Origin: Eledone cirrhosa
Taxonomy: Eukaryota
Assembly (NCBI GenBank): GCA_964016885.1
Contig: OZ024741.1
Span: forward strand, 283,588,001 to 283,652,000
Length of the DNA stretch: 64,000 nucleotides
Reading direction: 5' to 3'
Shown here: positions 1-13,867 of the stretch, in pieces
Layout of the letters: each line of letters begins with the position of its first letter
Position numbering within the stretch: the stretch's first letter is position 1
Translations under genes and position numbers: made by a program
Notes under the pieces: model-generated
The model's database searches: none
Seen by the model: only the letters and a program-made list of their open reading frames with translations
What the model was told of the DNA's origin: nothing

Positions 1-1234
1 TTTAAATATCCATGCACACTTTGTAGAACTAACTTAGGGCCCTAAATACCCATGAACACCTATTGTAAATACCTATTGTAGAGCTAGCCTAGGGTGCTAA
101 ATATCTAGTTGCTGGTGGAGAAACTGAAGGTCTTTGGGGTTCTTCCTATAAGTCTTTACTTATCTAGTAAATATCAAAATAGTAATTACCTCCATTAACA
201 TCACGTAATACATCAAACTGAGTTTTTACACAAGAGGTATCCATGAAACATGTGTCAAAAATGTGAGTTGTATTTATGTGTGGTGCTGGAAATAACATTG
301 GAAAAGCAAATATGTTTTTGTTAATCAAATCATCAATTATGTTGCAAAACATCTTATCTATGTAGCCATTTTGAACATTTTATTAATTAGGGAAAGACAC
401 AGCCGACTGAGCTGCAAGAGTTATGGGGGCTCTAGCCCAATCCAAACTTCCCATAAAAAACAATATCAATAGTAAGGTTCAGTATAAAAATATATATCAT
501 ACATCTTGATCCACACTGTAAAGTGATTGTGCTGGTCACACAATAAAAACAAAGCACCCAGTCCACCCTGTAAGGTGGTCATGCTGGTGGCATGACAAAA
601 ATTGCCCAGTCCACCCTTTAAGGTGGTAGTGCTGGTGACACAATAAAAAAAAACGTTCAGTATACCCTATAAGGTTGTGGTTTTGGTGCTACAATAAAAA
701 GCACCCAGTCAACACTGCAACATGGTTGGTATTAGGAAGGACCTCTAGCCATAGAAATCAAAATACCTATCTGTATGAGCAAGACTTGGTCACCTGATCT
801 GACTTGTTTCATAATGTGACAACCCATCTAGTCTATGCAACTATGAAAAAATGCATGATAAATGATGATGATGGTATATATATATATATATAGTTATGTA
901 GTAAACAACATAGGATAAAATATTTCATTTACCAGTGGTTTCTTGAAGACAGATATTTATGTCTGTCTTCATTCATCATAAAAATAATATGAAATATTTA
1001 TTTAATATGGATTTGAAAACAGAGTTTAGGATAAATGAAAGTGAGGCCGAAATAAAATAATGGGCAAAAAATTGAGGGGAAAAAAAATCCAGAACATAAA
1101 CATACACATACACATATTCAAACTCACGCATATACATAATAGTACGTAAATGTATACATTCACACACACATATATATATGTATATATGTGTGCGAGTATG
1201 TATAGAGATATTTATGTATGTGTGTAAATATGTA

Positions 1235-1271
<37 letters not shown>

Positions 1272-1380
1272 AGATTTACATACATATATATAAAGTCATA
1301 GATATATATGTGTTTTGCAATCGGTCATGTTGTGGCTCAATGAGAAATTAATAAATTAAATAAAATAAAATAATCAGAGC

Positions 1381-1820
1381 TATATATCATAAAATATGTC
1401 TTTAGAATCACTAGATATAATATATACCATATCCTCTCCCAAATAGTATAATTAACCATATAACAAATCAATTAGACCAAGCTATAAGAATAAAGGCTCC
1501 TATGAAGAAATCTTCGACAAATAATCGAAAGCAGCCCCTTAGCGGTGGCTACAATAGATTATTTATCTAATATTTCGACAGCATGTAAAAATCGACCAGA
1601 TATACAGTCAACTAAACACAATTAGGTGTAAAATTGAACTTAGAAGAATTGCGTACCGCGAAGGGGCTGCTTTCGGTTATTTGTCGAAGATTTTTTCATA
1701 GGAGCCTTTATTCTTATAGCTTGGTCTAATTGATTTTTTATATGGTTAATTATACTAATTGGGAGAGGAAATGGTATATATTATATCTAGTGATTCTAAA
1801 GACATATTTTATGATATATA
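1381..1820. repeat. Inverted repeat, arms ~1381-1546 and ~1655-1820
   Basis: Reverse-complement match visible, bounded by TA runs. Confidence 0.85.
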
Positions 1821-1852
1821 TATATATATATATATCTGGTTGCTTTCTTCGA

Positions 1853-4800
1853 TATGATGGATGAACTAGGGAATCTCTGGAGAGTCAGAAGAATCTGGAC
1901 ATCCGAAGACAATGCAAAAGATAACAACAAATTCACCTCATGCTGCCGGACGAAAGGGCAAAGCCCCACCCTCTTTGTTGTGGCCGCGGATGGCCAACAT
2001 AACCCCAACCCCATCCACCTCACCCCTCCCTACACCCTACCCACCAAACACAATCCAAAACTTCAGAGTTGGTACCATGAATGTTGGTACCAGAGTTGGT
2101 ACCATAAAAGGCCGCTCTAACGAGGTTGTAGAAATGCTTGAACGTAAGGAGGTTGATGTTTGCTGTATCCAAGAGACCAGGTGGAGGGGCGGGTCTGCTA
2201 GATTCATTGTCGGCAAAAAACGATGCTATAAGCTTTTCTGGGTGGGAAATGACAATGGGCTGGGTGGGGTAGGAATCATGTTAGCAGAAAAATGGGTGGA
2301 TAAGATAATAGACGTGAATAGAGTAAACGACAGAATAATTAAAATAAGACTTGTTCTAAATAGAACTACTGTGACGATAATATCTGCGTACGCACCCCAA
2401 TCCGAACTGCCTGGCGCTATAAAAGACAGTTTCTATGAGACACTGATGCTCACTACCTCCCAAATAACCGACAGTGACTATATAATTATTGCTGGCGACC
2501 TAAATGGTCACGTTGGACAACATTGTGACGGCTATGATGGAATCCACGGAGGCTATGGGTTTGGTACTAGAAATGAGGAAGGCTCCAGAATCCTGGAATT
2601 CTGTGACGCAAATAACCTAACTATCTGTAACACTAACTTCAAAAAACGAGACAATCACTTGATCACCTACAGATCAGGGGAACATACCAGCCAGGTAGAT
2701 TATATCCTTACCAGAAGACGTGACAGAGTGTCTGTTGTAAACACTAAATCCCTCCCCCATGAAGAATGCACCTCCCAACATAGACTGATAATTAGCGACC
2801 TCATAGTCAGGACGAGACGTACTCGACAGCAGAAGAGGACTATCCTCAGGAGAAAAATATGGAAGCTAAAGGACCCCACAGCCAGAAATAAATTTCAAAG
2901 CATATTACTTGATGCTTTTGACAGTAAGGAAGAGCATTTAGAGTCGTACAATATAGAGGAACGGTGGGAATTCCTGAAAGCAAACCTGCTGATGGCGGCA
3001 GAGGAAGTCTGTGGCCGGAGCAGGCCTATAGGCAGGAGGAGAGTAACATGGTGGTGGAACAGTAAGGTGGAGGAGTCAATTAAGGCCAAAAAGCAGGCTT
3101 GGAAAGTATGGCGGGATGGGGGAAGTAGAGAAGACTATCAAGTGGCCAGGAGGGAAGCTAGGAGACAAGTGTACTTCGCAAGAAGGGAAGCAGAGGAAAG
3201 AAAGTTCAAGCATGTTCTACAACGCGAGGACCAAAATGTGTCAAGGAAAACCGTGATATTGTTGGGGAGAAGTGTGTACTAAATGATGATGGCGTACTCG
3301 CCATCACTGATGCTGATAAGAAGGTAGCTTGGAAGTGTCACTACGAGAGGCTACTAAATGAGGAGAATAAATGGGAGAAAGACAGCCTCCCCCACATCGA
3401 TCCAATAGAGGGACCAGCAGTGCAAGTTGAAGGTAGTATAATAAGTAAGGCAATCAAAGATATAAAGACGGGTAAGGCAGCTGGACCTTCGGAAATAGTT
3501 GCTGAGATGCTGAAGGACTCTGGAACGGTGGGACACACCATGGTCACCCGGATAGTAAACCAAGTCATACAGAATGGGGTTGTTCCGAAGGACTGGCATA
3601 GCAGCATCATCATTAACTGTTACAAGGGGAAAGGAGACGCCCTAGATAGGAGTAACTATAGAGGCATTAAATTAATTGACCAGGTCATGAAGGTCACGGA
3701 AAAAGTAATACTGCAACTAATCAGAAAGAGAATCGATCTAGATGAAATGCAGTTCGGGTTTGTGTCAGGCAAAAGTATCACAGACGCTCTTTTCATTGTA
3801 CGACAACTACAGGAGAAGTACCTAGCTAAAAGTAAACCCCTATACTTAGCTTTTGTCGACTTGGAGAAAGCCTTCGACAGAGTCCCCCGTTCCATTATCT
3901 GGTGGGCTCTTAGAAAACTAGGTGTTGATGAATGGCTTGTGAGAGCTATACAAGCCATGTATAAAGAAACAGTCAGCAAGGTTAGAATTAACAACGAATA
4001 TAGTGAAGAGTTTAGCGTAAAAGTTGCTGTTCATCAGGGCTCTGTTCTTAGCCCCCTACTATTTATTATTGCCCTACAGGCTATAACAGTGGAGTTCAAG
4101 ACCGGCTGCCCATGGGAACTCATATACGCAGATGATCTAACGCTCATAGCTGAATCAATGGCCGAGCTAGAGAAGAAATTCCAAACATGGAAGCACGGCC
4201 TAGAATCAAAAGGCCTTAAAATTAACCTGGCTAAGACTAAAGTTCTAGTTTGTAGGAAAGAAAATAAGGCGCCGGTCCCTTCCTTCAGTGTGTAGGAAAG
4301 GCGTAGGTAGAAACTCCATTTTATGTCCCAAATGCAAAGTATGGGTGCATAAAAGATGTAGTGGGATCACAGGTAAGCTAACTAAGAACATAGATTTTAC
4401 ATGTGGCCGGTGCTCTGGTGCAATAAGTAGCAGCAAGTGCCCACAGAATACTAGCTCTTTCAATTGCGCAGAGGGTTCTATAGAAATAGTGGACAGCTTC
4501 CGTTACCTGGGTGACAAAATCAGCAGTGAGGGAGGGTGCTCTGAAAGTACAGTAGCTAGAGTCAGAACTGGATGGAAAAAGTTCAGAGAGCTTATACCAC
4601 TATTAGCCGCTAAAGGGTTCTCCCTAAAAATGAAAGGCAGGCTGTATGACGCCTGCATACGAACAGCAATGTTGCATGGCAGTGAGACCTGGGCATTGTG
4701 TGCAGAGGATATACGCAGACTAGAGAGGAACGAAGCTTGCATGCTCCGCTGGATGTGTAATAGTAATATACACGAACGGCAAAGCATAAATGAACTAAGG

Positions 4801-5550
4801 GAAAAATTAGAAATAAGAGGGATCAGATGTTGTTTAGTCGAGAGAAGGCTACGTTGGTATGGTCACGTGATGCGCATGAAAGACGACAGCTGTATAAAAA
4901 AGTGCAGGGCAATAAAGATAGATGGTAGCCATGGAGTAGGCAGACCCAGAAAAACCTGGGACGACCTGATAAATTCCGACCTCACACACTTACACCTCTC
5001 CAAGACAATGTCACTGGACCGAGATCTTTGGCGGTACTCAGTAATACAGAAGACCTGCCTTACCTGAAATACAAAGTAAAATCTACTACAGTCAGTAGGC
5101 ATCTCTAACAGCCCCCCCCCATCCACACCGCCCCTTTCAATGTAAAGTTATGTTGGTGCCACAGCATCCAGGCCGAAACAAATGAGATCGTGTAGGTGTC
5201 ACGACAAAAAAACACACAGTCCACGCTGTAATGTGGCCGTGTAGGCAACACGGTAAAAACCTCCCAGTCCCACACTGTAAATGTGGTTGGTGTTAGGAAG
5301 GGCATCCAGCTGTAGAAAACCCGCCAGACAGTCCACGCTGTAATGTGGCCATGTAGGCAACACGGTAAAAACCTCCCAGCCCCACACTGTAAATGTGGTT
5401 GGTGTTAGGAAGGGCATCCAGCTGTAGAAAACCTGCCAGACAGTCCTATGCGAGCAGGACAACCACTCTTGCCTCAAGTGGGAAAACTCCCGTCCAAACC
5501 CATGCAAGCGTGGAACACGGACGTTAAACGATGATGATGATGATGATGAT
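1853..5550 (+). mobile_element. RTE-clade LINE, family A, near full length, frameshifted
   Basis: ORFs 1912-3282 (APE endonuclease: QETRW, GDLNGH, DYIL, SQH), 3420-4295 (RT, YADD) and 4288-5067. Small deletions near 3234 and 4280 relative to the intact copy. (GAT)n tail. Confidence 0.95.
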
Positions 5551-5890
5551 ATATATGTATATATATATATATACATATGTATGGAGAGATGTGCATGGGT
5601 ATATATATTTATACGTTATTACTGAGTACCTGTGTGAATATACGCTTGTGTGTGTGCATAAATGAGCAAAAGATCACATGTTTATATGTGTGTATTTGTA
5701 TTTCCATGTAGACGCACATATACTTATGTGTGAATGTATACGTTTACGTACTATTACATATATCTGTGAGTTTCGGTATGTGTATGTTTATGTTCTGGAT
5801 TTTTTTTCCCTTCAATTTTTTGCCCATTATTTTATTTCAGCCTCACTTTCAGTTATCCTAAACTCTGTTTTCAAATCCATATTGAATAAA

Positions 5891-5966
5891 TATTTCATAT
5901 TATTTTTCTGATGAATGAAGACAGACATAAATATCTGTCTTCAAGAAACCACTGGTAAATGAAATA
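5891..5966 (+). ncRNA. Minimal type-I hammerhead motif (inverted degenerate copy at ~927-995)
   Basis: CTGATGA, stem II tgaagacaga/tctgtcttca, GAAA-ccactgg-TA; stem I imperfect. Confidence 0.6.
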
Positions 5967-6277
5967 ATTATCTTATGTTGTTTACTACATAACAAAAAAA
6001 GCTCTGTAGCCTACATAGAGCACTCTCTTTTCCTTTACCTTTCCTACGGAAATACTTCATATATATACATATATATATATATATGGACCTGTTATTTTTC
6101 TCTAAAAATATTTTTTCTGATTCCCCCCTCCCCGTCCCTTTAATCTTTCTAATTTCTCATTCTTTCTTCTAATGAAGGACTAGCATCCGAAACGTTAAGA
6201 CCCTCTTCCTGCTATTTCAAGCGTTAAACTAATACATTCCTTCCATATACAGTATCGATTGTGTTGTTATTTCTGTT

Positions 6278-6316
<39 letters not shown>

Positions 6317-6319
<3 letters not shown>

Positions 6320-6703
6320 AATAGGAAGGAGGACCGGAAGGTGATATAATCAGGGAAGTGCTCTTGTTCGATGTGTAGAAAGAGTGTAAGCAGAAACTCC
6401 ATAGGGTGCACACAGTATAATCTATGGACACACATGAGATGTGGGATTACAGGCAGGTTAACAGAGGAGATAGACTTTATATGTGCCAGATACAGAGAAG
6501 AAATCACTATGAGCACACACAAAATTAATTCCTTCAGTTGCACAGGAGGGTCTCTAGAAGTTGTTGACAGTTTTTTTTACCTATGGGACCTAAGCGGCAG
6601 TGGGAGGGGATGTTGCTCTGAAATACTGGGTAAGAACAAACTAGAAGAAGTTTAGAGACAATAAAGTACTTCTCTCATTAAGTGCTTGGTAGACTGTAAG
6701 ATA
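6317..6703 (+). mobile_element. Decayed RTE fragment (PHD-finger region)
   Basis: ORF 6371-6655 CRKSVSRNSIGC..WTHMRC..FICAR. Confidence 0.8.
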
Positions 6704-6889
6704 CATCATCATCATCATCATCATTTTACGTCCGCCTTTCCCTGCTTGCAAGGTTGGGACGGGAACTGATTCTGGCTTGATTTCTACAGCTGGATGCCCT
6801 TCCTAACACCAACTTCATTTACAGTGAGTGCTGGGTGCTTTTTTTCCGTGGCACCTCCACGACCTCTTTGCAGTGGAATGATAGGGATA

Positions 6890-7315
6890 CCTGTGAGGAA
6901 ATTGCTATGTTACAAAATCATTAACCATCTTGCCAACAACCACCATGAGCACCTTTTTGAATTCCATGTGTCTAACACCCATGGACATGTTTACAAAATC
7001 AGAAAACATCACAGCTCCCATGACTTTCGGAAACATTTTTTCACACTCGGAGTTGCTGAAGCATGGAACAAACTACCTGCATTAGTTGTTAGCTGTTGGG
7101 ACATTGTATCATTCAAAACTTCCATACTTCCCGAAATTCACCAACACTAAACCTGATATTCCCCCTCCATACACATGCATGCATGTATCTGTGTGTATAA
7201 ACTGTTCACTTTCCTGACATTTGTACATTATTCTATGTACTATACATGCACCTTTGATAAGTTGTAATGCACCTGAGCACTGTACACAATCATTTTCATT
7301 ATTTCATTATTATTA
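6890..7315 (+). mobile_element. CR1-type LINE 3' end
   Basis: HGHVYKI..RKHFFT..VAEAWNKLP matches the CR1 ORF2 C-terminus; short (ATT)n tail. Confidence 0.75.
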
Positions 7316-7680
7316 CATAGGCTCTGACTGCCAATGACTTGAGAAGGGGAAAAAGAAACAAAGAAATTCTGCTGCAATGGATATGTGCATGAACAATGAA
7401 TCATAAACAAACTGAAAGAAAACCTTGTTAAAACAGGAATCTGATGTAGTGTACAAGAGAGAAGGCTGCGATGGTATGGATATAGGAGGCATATGGAAAA
7501 TGTCAGCTGTATAAAGAACTGCAGAGATATCACTGTGAAGGGCACTTGCAGAAGAAGCAGAACCATGAAGATGTGAAATGAGGTATTGGGGGCTGACATT
7601 AAGAAGTTGAACCTCACAACAGAGATGATAAAGAACTTTGAGGACTGGTGATATACTGAGCTGGTGAAAACCCATTTAAT
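7316..7680 (+). mobile_element. Decayed RTE 3' fragment
   Basis: Nucleotide similarity to the ERRLRWYG...CIKKC region of families A and B. Confidence 0.7.
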
Positions 7681-7745
7681 AACCTAAAACCTGACCTAAC
7701 CCCTCAAAATGTCACCAACCCCATCACCTCTTAGCAGCTATCCTT

Positions 7746-7839
7746 GGGTGTGAGAATTTAGGTAGGCTGGAAGTGATCCTGTTCACCTCACCCTACTCTG
7801 TCCAGGATCACTTCTAGCCTTCCTAAATTCTCACACCCA
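7746..7839. repeat. Short hairpin or inverted repeat with ~37-bp arms
   Basis: gggtgtgagaatttagg.aggct.gaagtgatcctg / caggatcacttc.agcct.cctaaattctcacaccc. Confidence 0.8.
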
Positions 7840-8012
7840 CACTCTACTCAAGGTTATCACCCACCCATCCTCCCAAACTACTCTAGATACCCTGCCTAAA
7901 CCCTGAGACACTAGTCATGGCTCCAGAGTACCTCTCACACAATCAGAGGTCCATTCTCCCCTCCACCATCTCTTACCAAGTTAAATCCCTCAACACTAGA
8001 AAAAAAATTTTC

Positions 8013-8018
8013 TTTATT
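8013..8018 (-). terminator. Candidate polyadenylation signal AATAAA of the host gene
   Basis: AATAAA on the minus strand followed by a U-rich tract, about 300 nt after the proposed stop. Confidence 0.45.
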
Positions 8019-8321
8019 CTATTTGATAGTGGCAATGCAGTTCCTTTGTTTTAGTCTTGAGGTGCTTCCTGTTTCAGAGTTGATAATATTGTGAATGGAG
8101 TCAATAATTATTTCCAATTCACTTTTGGAAATGGTCTGATCACTTACATATGAGCCTGAAGTGTAAATTGGCATTTTAGTCCTTCAGAATAACGTGAAGT
8201 GTGTGCATTGTGAAGAAGTCAACGTGATTTGGCTAGAAAGTTTTGTTATAGGTTTGCTAAGTCAGAGCCAAACTAGGACTAAATAATGACCAATGCACTT
8301 CTTTGCGTTAGGTGCATATAG

Positions 8322-8359
8322 CTACATAAACTGGGACTGAAGAGTAACATGTGTAGGCT
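8322..8359 (-). CDS. Probable terminal coding exon (QPTHVTLQSQFM*), followed by a ~300-nt 3' UTR
   Basis: Pyrimidine-rich acceptor ctcttgctctgtctAG, phase-1 compatible, TAG at 8322-8324, unique non-repeat sequence downstream. Confidence 0.55.
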
Positions 8360-8894
8360 CTAGACAGAGCAAGAGTAATGAAAACATGCAAACTCCTAAC
8401 TTTTCCGTTAGGAGACATTAACAATAAAACCAGTTGGTGTCTTTGATTGCAAATATAAAACAAGATCTAATTTATTTTAAAACCTTCTAGGTATGTATGA
8501 ACCCATAACTCCTGACCGAATTGTAAGGGCACTGTCTCATTTTAAACCTGCTGAAGCTCAACTCTCTTCAGAAATTAAACACAGTCAATTTCTTCCAGAG
8601 AAAGTGAGACAGCAAAAAAAAGAGAGAGGAAGAATTGACTCCAGTACTTGACTGGTACTTTTTTTTATCAACCTTGAAACTATGAAAGACAAAGTTGACG
8701 TTGGTGGGATTAAAACTCAGAGCACAGAGAGCTGGAATGATTACCGCAAATCATTTTGTCTGATCTTCTAATCACTCTGCTAATTCACCACCTATAAGCC
8801 ATTCTATAAATTAGGGAAAAGCAGAGTGGAATCTGTGAAGTTTATCACTTTCTCAAGAATATTTACATAGATTTAAATTGAGAAATACTCTTAC

Positions 8895-8988
8895 GGCAAG
8901 AGTTGAGTTGAAATTCTAAGTTGTTCACTCCACAGCATTTGTGATAAAAAATGAACTCCTCTGTATCTCCTGCTTTCTTCAAAGTTAC
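8895..8988 (-). CDS. Host multi-PLAT protein exon (phase 0->1; VTLKKAGDTEEFIFYHKCCGVNNLEFQLNSC)
   Basis: Acceptor tttttgccAG, donor GTaaga, 94 nt. Read-through to the stop at 8863 is an alternative ending. Confidence 0.75.
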
Positions 8989-9046
8989 CTGGCAAAAATG
9001 GGAAAAAGAACAAGAAAAATAATGATCAAAATATTTTAAAAATAAG

Positions 9047-9455
9047 CAACCACCACCACCACCACCACTAACAACAACATTACCATCACCACCACCAACA
9101 ACAACAACAGCAGCAACACCACAACCACCATCACCAACAGCATCACCACTACCAGCACCACTACCAACGCCATCACCGCCAACAGCACCACCAACAACAT
9201 CAACCAATGCAACACCAACACCACTAACACTACCAACACCAACAAAACCACCAACACCACCAACCAACACCAACATCACCACACCACCAACAACACAGTA
9301 ACACTAACACCACCACAAACACCAACAATACCAACACTACCAATACCACTGACACCACCAACATCACCAACACCATCCACCACCAACACCATTGCCAACA
9401 CCATCAACATCACCAACACCACCATCAATAACACCACCATCAACAACAACAACAA
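9047..9455. repeat. Degenerate (CAC/CAA)n trinucleotide tract in a host intron
   Basis: Low-complexity sequence between exons 9483-9700 and 8895-8988. Confidence 0.9.
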
Positions 9456-9482
9456 TGACTATATAACAAAACATTAACTTAC

Positions 9483-9700
9483 ATTAACATTTTCTATTCT
9501 TGAATATTTGATGAACTGTACTCCAATAAATTCTCCCACATCAGAAATATTGAACGAGAATGTTTCTCCTGGTGCTGAAGTATTGTGTTCTTTAGAAGTT
9601 AAAAAATAGTTTTGCTCCGATGCATTTGTACCTTTGATTTTTGCTGACAGAGAGTAAAGATTTGTTGTTCTGCTATAAATGATCATAGTCCATGTGATGT
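9483..9700 (-). CDS. Host multi-PLAT protein exon (phase 1->0; ITWTMIIYS...KIKGTNAS...PGETFSFNISDVGEFIGVQF...IENVN)
   Basis: Acceptor ctttattgacAG, donor GTaagt, 218 nt. PLAT-like I.G..S and F...DVG.f..V motifs. Confidence 0.8.
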
Positions 9701-10187
9701 CTGTCAATAAAGAAAGATCTGTTTAGCATTGGATAAGTGTGTGTGTGTTTTGTGGGTGTTCCATTGGCATCTGTTGGTCTCGAAAGACCATGGATCTTGT
9801 CTCGAGATTTTTGTGTCAGCTGTTGATGCCGGTGCAGCATCTGCTGGTGTATACATACATATATTCATGTATATGAGAAGCATAAGGATAAAGATCTCAT
9901 AACTCCTTGTGGAGTTGTAGAGGCACCATCATACGGCACATCTAGGGCATTTTTAAACCTGGCAGAGCCCAACCCTCTCCAGGTCTGAACACAGCTGATT
10001 TTTTTCTATAGAGGAAGAAACGACCCTAGTACTGGACTGCTACTTTTTTTTATCAACCTCAAAAGGATGAAAGGCAAAGTTGGCCATGGCGGGATTTGAA
10101 CTCAGAGCACACAATGAGGTTGGACGAATACCATAAAGCATTCTATCCGAAGCCTTAACGACTCTACCAATTCGCTGCCATAGTATA

Positions 10188-10470
10188 TGAGAAGGCACAT
10201 GGCTTAATAATTGGGATATTCAGCTCACAATTGTAAGTTGTGAGTTTGATTCCCAGCAGCGTGTTGTGTCCTTGAGCAAGACACTTTATTTCATGTTGTT
10301 CTAGTCCATTCACCTGGCATAAATGTGTTGTAGCTATAATTTGAAGAGCCAGAATTGTCGTATTCTGTGTCACGGTGATTCTCCTTGGAAACTTTTATAA
10401 GGGTTCACATCTGTGGAATGCTCAGCTACTTGCTAGTTAATTTTATGAGCAGGCTGTTCTGTTGATTGTA
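10188..10470 (+). mobile_element. tRNA-derived SINE of a second family (V/Meta-like core)
   Basis: tRNA-like head (tggcttaataattgg..gagtttgattccc) followed by gtgttgtgtccttgagcaagacactt. Confidence 0.65.
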
Positions 10471-10989
10471 TCATATATATTTGTATAGGTACATACATAC
10501 ACACATGAATTCATTAGTCAAGCAGAAGAAGTTATTGGGTGTGGCCTGTTCTGTATTATTTGATTGACTATGTGGGTGACTAGTTCAACTCCTACTTCCC
10601 CATATGCTTTCAGCAGCTCAGCGACACTGAAGCTTTTTTGATCCTATAACTGTTAATTTTAACAGCTTGTTCTTGTTGGGTTAGTTGGGAGTAGTCTCCC
10701 TTCCTTTCATTCATTCTCCACCGGGGCTGTGGGGAGGCCAGCACATGGGACCCCATTTGCTCACCATACAGAGAGATGGGGAAGGTGAGAGAGATGAAGA
10801 GATGGGGAGGGTGAGAGAGATGGAGGCGATGATAGTGGGAGTTTGGCTCTTCAACATTTGGACTATATCCTTGTGGTTGTGTTCATCAAGCCCTTGTACA
10901 GTAATGAAATTAAATGACTCAATGATCACTTATATAAATTTACAGTTTGTGACAGAATTCTCATTAGTCTGCCATAATTAAATTCATCA

Positions 10990-11830
10990 TAGAATTTCCA
11001 GGTTTCTTTCTTTTGAATATCAGTGATGCTAAGTGCACTAGTGTCATTTCTAACACTTTTTCCCTACAATATCCTGCTTTACACTGACACGCTGACTTGC
11101 AATGCAGAACACTCTTCATCCCTGATCTTCATGTTGAAAGACATTAGCAAACCTTCTCCTACCAGCCTTTTTCGTGCTATGTATACCTGTGGCCTAACCT
11201 CTCTTATAGCTACCAGGCACTAGTCTCTGCTGCTCCCATTTTTCCAGTCTTTCCACACCTGCCTTTTGGCTTTAATGCTGTTCCACTACCAGATCACTCT
11301 CTGCCTGATTGGTGCTTTGCTCCAGCCACAAATCTTTTCAGTAGTCTGTAGTATGTTATCACATAGGAACTTCCAGTTGTCCTCTATGTGTCTATCTTCT
11401 CTTCCTTCTCATATGTGCCTCAAGTAATGCTTTCCTGAACCTACACTTAACAGAGAGGTCCTTTAGCCTCTATACTCTCCTCCTCATGATGTGTTTCCTC
11501 TTCTGTCTTGAACTTATTTTGATGTCTCTAATAACTAACTTACGTTAGGCAGTGCATTCTTCTCCAGGAAAGGTCTTAATATTTCTAAACAACTGTCTGT
11601 CTTGTTTTCTAACAAATACAAAGTCAATCCGGCTGTGTTCACCTGATTGGTAGGTGATCAGGTGGCTGGCTGGTTTCCTGAAGTTAGTGTTGAAAATGGT
11701 TAAATCATTTGCACCAGAGAAATCCAGGAACCTCATTCCCTCTTCATTTCTTGACCATAGCTATAGCCATAGCCACTGGGTACACTGGTATAGCCATCCT
11801 TGTGCTGTTCAACATGTCCATTAAAGTTGC
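10990..11830 (-). mobile_element. Decayed RTE fragment (EN and linker)
   Basis: ORF 11545-11736 NTNFRKPASHLITYQSGEH..IDF..FPGEECT. Confidence 0.8.
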
Positions 11831-12629
11831 ATATATATATACATATCTGTGTGTATGTGTGTGTGATGAGACTGAAAGGGAGGAGGAGTAAAGAAGTCAT
11901 TTATAATTTTAGCATCTATTAGTAAAGCCTCTGTAGTGACCTACATTCCGCGGGCTCACATACATTCTCCGTGGGTTATTTGGCTCAGCATAGCCAATGA
12001 CCACCAGTAGAGGAGAATGTATTTCTACGCGCCCTGCAGGAAAAATTCCCGCACCGATTCGAGAAATTGCTCTCTTGCATCCTGACCATGCTAATGTAAA
12101 GATCACTTATTCTCTTGTTGTTTGAACACCGAAGGACCAACACAAACAATGTAACAGTGAGATTTGCACTTTGGCCTGCCGGCCTGCCTTGGGCCTGGCA
12201 CAATGCCACATTCCTTTTGTAACCATTTTATGTTTAACTTCAACCATACAATTTAACAAACATTACTTTGTGCTACAATAAAATAAACATACATTTCATC
12301 TCTTATTTCTTCTGTTGACATCGTTATTATGCTTCACGTGGTGCTACTAACTATAACATATCTTAACTGTTAAAATTGGTGACTTTCAACGCAGGAGTAT
12401 TTAAGCATGAAAAGCTCCTTTACAATATATATATACATCAACCATGCTTCCTGTTAAAACTGGTGACCCCAACATGCTTTGAATTTTACCAGCAGTAAAG
12501 CTTCCATACTTACACTTTGCATTGTTTGTGACATGCTATATAGTATTCTAATGTCTTCCACTATGTTTCTAATTTTGTTGCATGTACTATGAGATGTTGC
12601 AATCATCATCATCATCATCATCATCATCA

Positions 12630-13392
12630 TAGAATGTACATAATGCAGATCTTGGTACACAAGAGGTGTAGTGGGATAGCAGGCAAACTAACAGGAAGGG
12701 AAAACTACATATGCAGTAGATGTACAGGGGAATTTGATAGTAGAAGTGGCAGTGACAGACACATTTTTCAAATGCAGGTAGGATCTATAGAGTTGGTTGA
12801 TAGCTTCTGATACCTAGGGGATCAGATTAGCAAGGGAGGGGGGGATGCTCCGAGGCCATAGTATTTAGAATAAGGATGGGTTGGAAGAAGTTTAGGGAGC
12901 TGCTTCTTCTGTTGACAATGAAATGTTTCTCCCTATGAACGAAAGGCTGGTTATATGATGCTGTGTGAGATGCGCGATGTTCATGGTAGTGAGACATGGG
13001 CAGCAACTGCAGAGGATATGCGATGGCTGGAGAGAAAGGAAGCAAGCATGTTCTGATGGATGTGCAATGTCAATGTGTCTGAACGACCAAGCATAGAAGA
13101 GTTGAGAGTGAAACTGTGTATAAGAGGGATAAACTGTAGTGTGCAGGAGAGAAGACTGCATTGGTATGGACATGTGATGCGCATGGAGGATGACCACTGG
13201 GTAAGAAATCCTAGTAGAGGAAGACCACAAAAATCATGGGTGGAGGTGGGAAGAGCTGACCTTTGATTGCTGAAGCTCACAGAGGAGATTAAGAAGGACT
13301 GTGACAAATGAAGAGATGCTGTACTGAAAAAGACCCATCCCACCCTTGCATGCAAGGAAAAGTGGACGTAAAATGATGATGATGATGATGGT
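12630..13392 (+). mobile_element. 5'-truncated RTE family B copy
   Basis: Aligns to 17015-17786; (TGA)n tail. Confidence 0.88.
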
Positions 13393-13867
13393 GATCATAC
13401 TTGTGTGTCTGATAAATGAATAAAACTACACAGGGTAGATGTTGACTCTGCAAGTTATAGCAAAAGTAACCTGTCAAAGTGAGCAGTTACTCCAAATAAA
13501 AACTAACCCGGGGAAGTGAGGACTCTTATGCCCTATCAGACAACCACTCTAGTGCTGGTGGCATGATAACATTCATCCAGTTTACATTGCAAAATAGTTG
13601 GTGATAGGAAAGGCATCCAGCCAGAAAAAAAACCATGCTAAAAATTATGGAAAGCACATTGATCATCAGAAGTACATTCTGTGGTTTACTAGCTGATTTT
13701 GAGTTTTCGATTTTGGTGGGGATTTTTGTAACTATGAGTTTGTGGTTAGGAGTATTTAATTACATGTTGTGATCGGTTTTATGAGTTTTCATGACATACA
13801 AAAAATGTATCCATTATGTATGATAAAGTATTATGTATGATAAAGTATTATGTATGATAAAGTATTA

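Noticed and set aside
164-352. ORF 164-352 as a gene or further host exon
   Set aside because: Short, no recognisable motif, and downstream of the proposed poly(A) signal. At most a very decayed retroelement.
8989-9282. Gly/Val-rich N-terminus of ORF 8863-9282 and ORF 9036-9263
   Set aside because: This is an intronic trinucleotide tract; only 8895-8988 behaves as an exon.
11909-12209. ORFs 11909-12106 and 11985-12209 as extra host exons
   Set aside because: No domain motif or fitting splice phases, and exons 19936-20032 and 9483-9700 already join in frame. Probably an unclassified repeat.
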